The notes beneath the pieces were generated by a model. That model saw only the letters and a program-made list of their open reading frames with translations. It was not told where the DNA came from and ran no database searches. From Parcubacteria group bacterium Gr01-1014_13 (GTDB taxonomy: Bacteria; Patescibacteriota; Patescibacteriia; Magasanikbacterales; GWA2-37-8): a stretch of 64,000 nucleotides of DNA. The stretch spans positions 182,643 to 246,642 of the forward strand of contig VMGB01000001.1 in the NCBI GenBank assembly GCA_007376295.1, in the 5' to 3' direction. A program made the position numbers and the translations under genes. Positions 57,353 through 64,000 of the stretch are shown here, one piece after another. Numbering within the stretch: position 1 is the first letter of the stretch; each line of letters opens with the position of its first letter.

Positions 57353-60076
57353 TTAATTATTTAGTAACCAATTTATATCTTCTGCTAATAAATCATGCGC
57401 CGTATCATTCATCCATCCTCGCTCTTTATAATGATCCAGCTCTCGTAATAGTTGTTTGGCCAAAACTCTGTCTATCTTATTCTCCAAGCGCTCGATTAAT
57501 TTAGCCACCTTTGGTTTGATAAGTAACTTTTCCTCCAATATGTCTATTCTTTTTTCAATTTTTATAATTCTTGTCAAATCACGCTTCAATTTTTCCTTTA
57601 CTTCCTCTTTAATAATCCAGCCAAGAATGTAAGATCGTTCAACATCACTAATAGTACTTGAGACCGTCGCAACAATTTTGAAATTGTTGCTTGAGGTAGC
57701 AGTATTGCCCACAAAGTCAGTGGAAGTAACGGACACAACATGATCGCCTAAATGTTCAAAGAAAAAATCTACTGCGTCGCCATTATTTATAATTTTACCA
57801 TCAAACGAAACTTGATGCAACAATACGCCAGTACCACTGTCAGTACTTGTTGTGTCTACTACCATAACTTCTGAACGCAAATAATCGCGGGCTTCGGGCG
57901 AAGTGATGGTAATAATTGGTGATACATCATCATTCGGTACCACCTCTATGGTGTTGCTAGAATTATTAACTTCAATATTCAAAGATGTAATCATTCCCGG
58001 CAAAGTTGTAGCTGTAAAATCATGCTCATTGGAACCTTCATCCGTAATCAAACCCGTGGCCACTGTATATTCACCACCATTGTCGGTACCAACAGTTTCT
58101 ACCTTGTATTCACCGTCCAATGGGTTGGGAATAGTGATATATTCATCATCAGTCATGAACCCAGAATAAAAAGCTCCGTCAATTTCATTTACTTCCTGCT
58201 CACTTATAAAACCCTTTCCAACTCTCTTGCCGTCTGGCGCAATAACTACCATATCCACTGGTGAAAGAAGTCTGATAATTAAAAACCTCTCAATAAAGCT
58301 CTTGTGGATAAGTATAGACGCTGTTTGATTAGTTAATTTTTTATAAATTAAATCCTCCCCATTGGATGGTATTTGTGTATGTCCTGTATTAATTTTATTT
58401 AAATCATTATTAATGGCTGCGGCACTAAAGCCTGGAACTGTTCCATCTCCCCCACCTACTTCTAACCCTCTGTCACCTATTTTTTCATTAAAGCCGTCCG
58501 GGTAACCGTGCTCCCATAGTGGCAAATTAATTGTCGGCACAACACGCAGAGCATTGATAGTACTAGACACACCTGCTTCACCCACAATATTAGTAATTTT
58601 TATACCGGAATTAAATAATGATGACGATGTATTATTGAGATTCTCTAGAAATGTATTTACTGGATAATTATTTGGGTATTCACGCATCAAGCCTGTGTCC
58701 TTGTCGCGAAGATAGTTATAAATTGGCAGTAATTCTTGTACCGAAACTATGGGATTATTTTTAATATAATCAAACAAATTATTATAACCAGCCTTTTTGG
58801 CTTCTGCTGAAAAAAATAATTTTGCAATACTATTGAGAATACCTGGAGCATTTGTACCACCCTCCCACGTTAAATAATCTTCGGGTGCACCCAAATGTGG
58901 TGTCCCTAAAAATATTAGCTGATCAACATCATTTTCGTAATAATTTGATTGCGCGTATTGGCGCGCCACCAAACCACCCATTGAGTGTCCAACTAAATCT
59001 ACCTTATCACAATTACAAACAGCTTTGACTTCGTCAATTTTTTGATGCAACTGAAAAGCAGTCAAAATATTTGATTGTCGCCAGTTATACGGAAAAGAGA
59101 ACAGGTCAACGCCTTTGGTATAACCATTAGCTGCCAGCGTATCAATCAAATCATCGTAAGTATGGAAAATAGGATCAATCAACCATACGCCATCTTTTTC
59201 CGCCGAACCCAAAATTCCCGGTATTATAATAACTGGATCATTTTTAGTTATTTTTCCAATCCACGGATCGTAAACAACATTACCAAAAAAAGTCTGACCC
59301 GTTCCGCCTGGATTAGATGGTGTGGTTGGACCGCTAGCATCGCCCCACCAACTGTTGGTAGCAAAAACCTGCGGATTCCAAAACCAATCAGCATTGATAG
59401 CTCCGCTTAGATTGTCATGGAAACTGCTTGAAGTTATAACAATAGGGATTTTGGTGTAAAGACCATAGCTTTCGCTGTATGCTAATTCCAAATTATTCAA
59501 TTGTAGTAAATTTACATTCCTATCAATTTTTAATTCGGCGTTAAATGTGCCAACGCCACCATAGCGGATAATGGCATTATTAATACTCACATTATTGTCC
59601 CCGGAATTTTCGATGCTAAGACCTGCCCAATCACCTGGATGTGGCAAGGTCGTGCTGGCATCTCCATTAGTGTCACCGCCAGCTGTATCATCATTCCAAG
59701 AAGTGAAAATTACCGGATCATCAACTGTGCCATTGACGATAAAATTACCGCTGATATCTATACGGGTTTTTATGGGTGAACCAAAACAAGTTCCAACCGG
59801 TGCGAATTTCACTACTACGCCAGCTTCTACAGTAAAGGTATAGCCACCGGATACTTTGTTAAAACTGTTATTACAGCCACCTAATACAAGATACGGGCTT
59901 TTATCTTTAGTTAAAATTTGGTTGGAAAGATTGCTTGTAAATTGTTCGTATTTAATTATGGTATAGCTCGCTGCTTCCGCAGGGAGGGAGCTGAATCCAA
60001 AAAATAAAAAAGCGGCCACAATAGTGCCGGTCTTCAACATTTTTATCACTGCCCTCCTAGCAGTTTTGTTTTGCAT
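57353..60076 (-). CDS. Large secreted multidomain protein with alpha/beta-hydrolase lipase/esterase domain
   Basis: Signal peptide (IVAAFLFFGFSSLPAEA), N-terminal beta-helix-like region, lipase nucleophile elbow VDLVGHSMGGLVARQY, and a C-terminal coiled-coil tail. Confidence 0.7.
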   Translation of the reverse strand: MQNKTARRAVIKMLKTGTIVAAFLFFGFSSLPAEAASYTIIKYEQFTSNLSNQILTKDKSPYLVLGGCNNSFNKVSGGYTFTVEAGVVVKFAPVGTCFGSPIKTRIDISGNFIVNGTVDDPVIFTSWNDDTAGGDTNGDASTTLPHPGDWAGLSIENSGDNNVSINNAIIRYGGVGTFNAELKIDRNVNLLQLNNLELAYSESYGLYTKIPIVITSSSFHDNLSGAINADWFWNPQVFATNSWWGDASGPTTPSNPGGTGQTFFGNVVYDPWIGKITKNDPVIIIPGILGSAEKDGVWLIDPIFHTYDDLIDTLAANGYTKGVDLFSFPYNWRQSNILTAFQLHQKIDEVKAVCNCDKVDLVGHSMGGLVARQYAQSNYYENDVDQLIFLGTPHLGAPEDYLTWEGGTNAPGILNSIAKLFFSAEAKKAGYNNLFDYIKNNPIVSVQELLPIYNYLRDKDTGLMREYPNNYPVNTFLENLNNTSSSLFNSGIKITNIVGEAGVSSTINALRVVPTINLPLWEHGYPDGFNEKIGDRGLEVGGGDGTVPGFSAAAINNDLNKINTGHTQIPSNGEDLIYKKLTNQTASILIHKSFIERFLIIRLLSPVDMVVIAPDGKRVGKGFISEQEVNEIDGAFYSGFMTDDEYITIPNPLDGEYKVETVGTDNGGEYTVATGLITDEGSNEHDFTATTLPGMITSLNIEVNNSSNTIEVVPNDDVSPIITITSPEARDYLRSEVMVVDTTSTDSGTGVLLHQVSFDGKIINNGDAVDFFFEHLGDHVVSVTSTDFVGNTATSSNNFKIVATVSSTISDVERSYILGWIIKEEVKEKLKRDLTRIIKIEKRIDILEEKLLIKPKVAKLIERLENKIDRVLAKQLLRELDHYKERGWMNDTAHDLLAEDINWLLNN

Positions 60077-60146
60077 ATCTAGTTAATTGTTTAACTTAAA
60101 CCAGACTACACCTTACTATTCTTCCCAAACACACGCAATAGGCTGC

Positions 60147-61007
60147 TTAAATTTTATCCACACCCCTATAAACTATCTTTTGGAAGAGATTTTTGGCATT
60201 TTTAGTCGTGGCTGCCGCAACTTCCTGTAAAGAAAGACCTTTTACTTCGGCAATTTTCTTAATCACTTCTTCTACCATCCATGGTTCACAGCGTTTGCCA
60301 CGGTACGGATTTGGAGCCAAATACGGAGCGTCGGTTTCTACAACTATGCGATCTAACGGGCAGTTTCGGACAACTTCCAGTAAAGACAGTTGTGTTTGAG
60401 GATCAGATTTTTTAGGCGGGAAAGTAATAACCCCGGTAAACCCAAGATTTAAACCCAAAGCCAAATACTTTTGAGCAAAGTGCCAATTACCTGTATAACA
60501 ATGCACAGTGCCACGAACTTTGTCTGTCAAACTTTTTAGCAGCTCAACCATTTCTTCGTGCGCTTCTCGCACATGAATCACCATTGCCAAACCTAATTCC
60601 TGCGCCAAATTATATTGAGCTGTAAAAGTCGTTTTTTGTTTTTCCAGTATTTCTTCTTTTGTTCTGCCTTCCGGTAATCTGTATAGATCCAATCCGCACT
60701 CGCCTATCGCCACCACCTTTGGGCTTTTGCCCAAATTCTTGTAATATTCGTAATCAAAATTTTCTTCTCGCGATAAAAATTTGCTTTCTTCTTCGTCTAC
60801 ATGCGTAGAAAATAAATGAATCGGGTGTAGCCCGATACTGGCATACATAAAAGGATGTTTCTCGGCAATTTCTACCGCGGCTCGGCTAGTATCTTTTTGT
60901 GTGCCGACAACGTTTAAGATAACACCTTTTTCTTGGCAGCGTTTAATCACATCGGCTTGGTCAGTTTTGTAGGCATTAAATTGTATATGACAATGCGTGT
61001 CTATCAT
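60147..61007 (-). CDS. tatD: TatD-family metal-dependent hydrolase (DNase)
   Basis: MIDTHCHIQFNAY N-terminus and TIM-barrel His/Glu/Asp motifs. Confidence 0.85.
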   Translation of the reverse strand: MIDTHCHIQFNAYKTDQADVIKRCQEKGVILNVVGTQKDTSRAAVEIAEKHPFMYASIGLHPIHLFSTHVDEEESKFLSREENFDYEYYKNLGKSPKVVAIGECGLDLYRLPEGRTKEEILEKQKTTFTAQYNLAQELGLAMVIHVREAHEEMVELLKSLTDKVRGTVHCYTGNWHFAQKYLALGLNLGFTGVITFPPKKSDPQTQLSLLEVVRNCPLDRIVVETDAPYLAPNPYRGKRCEPWMVEEVIKKIAEVKGLSLQEVAAATTKNAKNLFQKIVYRGVDKI

Positions 61008-61016
61008 ACAGGATTT

Positions 61017-61541
61017 TTAAATCAGATTATCTACCGTACTTCGCAGTAATCTAAAGGCTTCTGGGAATAACGGAATAAGGATTGAAGCCAGCTTTACTAG
61101 AGCTGGAGCTATTTTCGATTCTCCCAGTCCCTGCATGAATGTCAAACTTATCGGGAAACGTGAAATAAAAAATAAACTTACACCTAGGACAACTGCGCCC
61201 TCTAAAGCTCCAAAAATCGCACCCATTATCCTATCTAAACCATGAATAAAAGGCATGCGGGTGAATATCATCAAAAATTTTTCCATAATCCAAAAAACAA
61301 AACCCACTATTCGAGTGATGAGCAGAAAAGTGATCACAAAAACTATCACTTTTATGTAATTCTGATTCCAACCGGAAAAATTTATTATCCAACTCGCAAC
61401 AGGTTCATAAAAACGACTGGCCAGATAAACACCAAAAACTGTACCGATCAGTGAGCCTAGAGTATGTATTAAACCAAACCAGAGACCAAAAAGAGAAAAA
61501 CTGGCGATGATAACGAGAAGCACTATGTCAAAGATAGACAT
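61017..61541 (-). CDS. cvpA: CvpA-family membrane protein
   Basis: MSIFDIVLLVIIASFSLFGLWFGLIHTLGSLIGTVFGVYLASRFYEP, typical of CvpA. Confidence 0.75.
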   Translation of the reverse strand: MSIFDIVLLVIIASFSLFGLWFGLIHTLGSLIGTVFGVYLASRFYEPVASWIINFSGWNQNYIKVIVFVITFLLITRIVGFVFWIMEKFLMIFTRMPFIHGLDRIMGAIFGALEGAVVLGVSLFFISRFPISLTFMQGLGESKIAPALVKLASILIPLFPEAFRLLRSTVDNLI

Positions 61542-61550
61542 ATTATAAAA

Positions 61551-63083
61551 TTATGTTAAGCGTGGAAATAATTGTTCTGGTTTTGCAATCTTATTTCCCG
61601 CTAAAGCATTCCCCCACTTCTGCAGTTTGGCTAACGGCTTGGCTAGTTCTTCAGAGACATCTAACCCTAATTGAACAAATAATTTTTCAGCTGTTTCTGG
61701 CATAACAGGCCAGATCATAACTGCGATATGGCGCAGAGCTTCGGAAAGATTGGATAATAAATCATAGACTTCCTTCTCTTTTCCAGCTTTCATCATTGCC
61801 CAAGGTTGGCTCTTGGTAATTATACCATCGCAAAAACCAATCAGCTCCCAAATCATTTCTAAAGTATGGCTAAAACCAAAATTAGACATCTGTTTGTTAT
61901 ATTTACTTTCTATATCATTTGTATGCTTAGCTAAATCTTTGAGCGGAGATTTGGCTTTTGGTATTATTCCTTCACAATATTTTTCTACCATCACTAAAAT
62001 ACGATTAGTGAGGTTGCCTAAACCATTGGCCAGATCCGCTTCATAGCGTTCACCAAATTTTGCATAAGAAAAATCCCCATCATTATCAAATTGAATTTCG
62101 CGCATCAAAAAATAACGGACAGCTTCCAGCGGATATTTTTTAGTTAATTCCAACGGGTCAATTACATTACCAATAGTTTTGCTCATTTTTTGCCCGTCTA
62201 CAGTAATCCAACCATGTACAGCAATTTGTTTAGGTAAATCAATGCCTACCGACAGAAGCATGGCCGGCCAAAGCAGAGAATGAAAACGATTAATCTCTTT
62301 TCCGATAACATGGGCATCTGCCGGCCAATATTTTTTGAATGATTTATTATCTTTTGTCCCCCAACCCAAAGCGGTAAGATAATTTGTTAACGCATCAAAC
62401 CAAACATACATAACCTGTTTGTCGTCTCCTGGCACAGGCACACCCCAACTTAATTTTTCTTTGGTTCGGGAGATGCTGATATCTTCCAAACCTTTTTTTA
62501 ACATGTTGCTAGCTTCGTTGAATCTGGATTCTGGGTACACAAAATCAGGATGTTTTTTGAACAGTGCTTCCAAAGGCTTTTGGAATTTAGATAAACGAAA
62601 AAAATAATTTTCTTCGGAAACTGTTTCTGGTACAGTGTGATGGTCTGGGCACTTGCCATCTACTAAATCTTTTTCCAACTTAAATGCTTCACAGCCCACA
62701 CAATACAATCCGGTATATGTTTTTTTATAAATATCACCGCTAGCCATGGATTTTTGCCAAAATTCTTGCGCACCGGCAATATGTCTATCTTCGGTAGTGC
62801 GAATAAAATCGTCATTGGTAATATTCCACGCATCGGCGAGTAACTGGTACTTCGCAGATTTTTCGGCAGCAAATTTTTCTACTGGTTGACCGGCTTCTTT
62901 AGCTGTATGTAACATTTTTTGACCATGCTCATCTGTACCAGTGAGAAAGTAGACATCTTTTCCTAAGAGTCTTTGGTAACGAGCCATGACATCGGTATAT
63001 AAAATTTCCAAAGCAAAACCAATATGCGGATCTGCATTGGCGTATGGAATGGCTGTGGTTATATAAAATTTGTTTTTTGCCAT
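61551..63083 (-). CDS. metG: Methionine--tRNA ligase
   Basis: HIGH-type motif (ANADPHIGFAL), zinc knuckle (CVGCEAF...CPDHH), and KMSKS (KMSKT). Confidence 0.95.
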   Translation of the reverse strand: MAKNKFYITTAIPYANADPHIGFALEILYTDVMARYQRLLGKDVYFLTGTDEHGQKMLHTAKEAGQPVEKFAAEKSAKYQLLADAWNITNDDFIRTTEDRHIAGAQEFWQKSMASGDIYKKTYTGLYCVGCEAFKLEKDLVDGKCPDHHTVPETVSEENYFFRLSKFQKPLEALFKKHPDFVYPESRFNEASNMLKKGLEDISISRTKEKLSWGVPVPGDDKQVMYVWFDALTNYLTALGWGTKDNKSFKKYWPADAHVIGKEINRFHSLLWPAMLLSVGIDLPKQIAVHGWITVDGQKMSKTIGNVIDPLELTKKYPLEAVRYFLMREIQFDNDGDFSYAKFGERYEADLANGLGNLTNRILVMVEKYCEGIIPKAKSPLKDLAKHTNDIESKYNKQMSNFGFSHTLEMIWELIGFCDGIITKSQPWAMMKAGKEKEVYDLLSNLSEALRHIAVMIWPVMPETAEKLFVQLGLDVSEELAKPLAKLQKWGNALAGNKIAKPEQLFPRLT

Positions 63084-63084
63084 A

Positions 63085-63753
63085 TTACTTTTGATTCACC
63101 ACTACTACAAACTCACCCCTCTCGTCAGTCATCTGCTCTATAATCTCATCGATATTTCCTCGGTAAATTGTTTCAAATTTTTTAGTTAATTCTCTACAAA
63201 CCACCAATCCCCTGCCTACATCCAGATTTTCTTTTAATTCCTGCAAACACTTTTTTATTCGGTGGCCTGATTCGTAAAACACAACTGTATATTCGGCCGC
63301 GGCAACTTCTTTAAAAAATTTCTGTCGTTTATTTTTATGCGGCGGAAAACCCATGAAAACAAATTTGTCTGTAGGGAATCCGGAAATAGATAATGCTGCC
63401 ACTACTGCTGAGGCGCCAGGAATAGGAATAATCTCCGGTTTTAAATTTTTAACTAACGATTTGATAAGCAATCCTCCCGGATCGCTGATTCCAGGTGTGC
63501 CTGCATCGGTAACTAAGGCTAAATTTTTACCTTCTTCTAATAATTTAGCTATTTCTTTTACTTTTCTTTCTTCAGTGTGTTGGTGGTAACTAACCATTGT
63601 TTTGTTAATTTCGTAGCGTTCCAGTAAATTTTTAGTGACTCTGGTGTCTTCGCACAAGATAAAATCAACATTTTTTAATGTCTCAATGGCGCGTAAAGTA
63701 ATATCGCCCAGATTACCAATCGGAGTAGCTACTATATAAAGTTTACCTAACAT
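63085..63753 (-). CDS. rsmI: 16S rRNA (cytidine1402-2'-O)-methyltransferase RsmI. Start MLGKLYIVATPIGN chosen.
   Basis: LYIVATPIGNLGDITLRAIETLKNVDFILCEDTRVT, the tetrapyrrole-methylase-like RsmI N-terminus. Confidence 0.85.
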   Translation of the reverse strand: MLGKLYIVATPIGNLGDITLRAIETLKNVDFILCEDTRVTKNLLERYEINKTMVSYHQHTEERKVKEIAKLLEEGKNLALVTDAGTPGISDPGGLLIKSLVKNLKPEIIPIPGASAVVAALSISGFPTDKFVFMGFPPHKNKRQKFFKEVAAAEYTVVFYESGHRIKKCLQELKENLDVGRGLVVCRELTKKFETIYRGNIDEIIEQMTDERGEFVVVVNQK

Positions 63754-63839
63754 ATACAGTGATATTTTAGCAAATAAATAACAAAAAGGCAAAAGAAAAG
63801 CTCCGCGCGCATCTTTAATACGGGGAGCCTGAATGAACA

Positions 63840-64000
63840 TTATAGATTAGGACTTTCAGCCTCTTGTTTACTCAATTGGCATTCTACCTTACCAGATTCA
63901 TAGATTGTACAAGTCAGCGGGCCGGGATTCTTTATCCAGCTTACCAGTACGTCCGGATCATTTGTAATAGCCCCAATCCCTTGGCAATTCAGTTCTAGAA
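63840..64000 (-). CDS. 3' end of an unidentified gene; the 5' end lies outside the window
   Basis: Open frame on the minus strand ending ...TNDPDVLVSWIKNPGPLTCTIYESGKVECQLSKQEAESPNL*. Too short for the ORF track. Confidence 0.3.
   Translation of the reverse strand, partial: LELNCQGIGAITNDPDVLVSWIKNPGPLTCTIYESGKVECQLSKQEAESPNL

Overview
Gene-dense, low-GC bacterial chromosomal segment of about 87 called features, mostly housekeeping genes. The compactness, short genes and a PriA missing its ATPase motifs suggest a reduced-genome lineage (Patescibacteria/CPR-like), but that is inference.

Housekeeping content:
- The window starts with ribosomal genes rplM (partial) and rpsI.
- An exopolysaccharide-type cluster follows, encoding a flippase, a GT4 and a GT2 glycosyltransferase.
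- A complete F0F1 ATP synthase operon is present (atpZ-like, B, E, F, H, A, G, D, C).
- Cell-wall and division genes: mreBCD with PBP2, alr, an FtsQ-like gene, ddl, an M23 peptidase, uppS and tagA.
- Translation, repair and other core genes: greA, lysS, serS, gltX, metG, clpB, a PriA-like gene, def-fmt, tatD, cvpA, rsmI and xerC/D.

Accessory content:
- A small defence-like island at 4.7-8.5 kb carries MazG, RadC, a Phd/RelE toxin-antitoxin pair and a C5 methyltransferase + HNH endonuclease + Vsr restriction-modification module. A 22-bp perfect palindrome sits just after it.
- A block at 20.8-24.8 kb lies between the atp and mre operons. It holds two tandem paralogous small proteins, a standalone 42-aa peptide with 11 cysteines, an OLD/ABC-type AAA ATPase and a Cas4-like/DUF2779 double nuclease that is translationally coupled to a DUF721 gene. 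This is the most likely undescribed system in the window.
- A cluster of four monocistronic minus-strand genes at 46.1-49.0 kb includes a lipoprotein metzincin. The four genes share a repeated promoter/terminator module.

Other notable items:
- An opposite-strand gene sits inside the atp operon between atpD and atpC.
- A CIRCE-like operator lies upstream of clpB.
- A GC-rich 49-aa ORF follows fmt.
- There is an RdgB-NUDIX fusion and a 907-aa secreted lipase-like protein.
- No tRNA, rRNA or CRISPR array was found.
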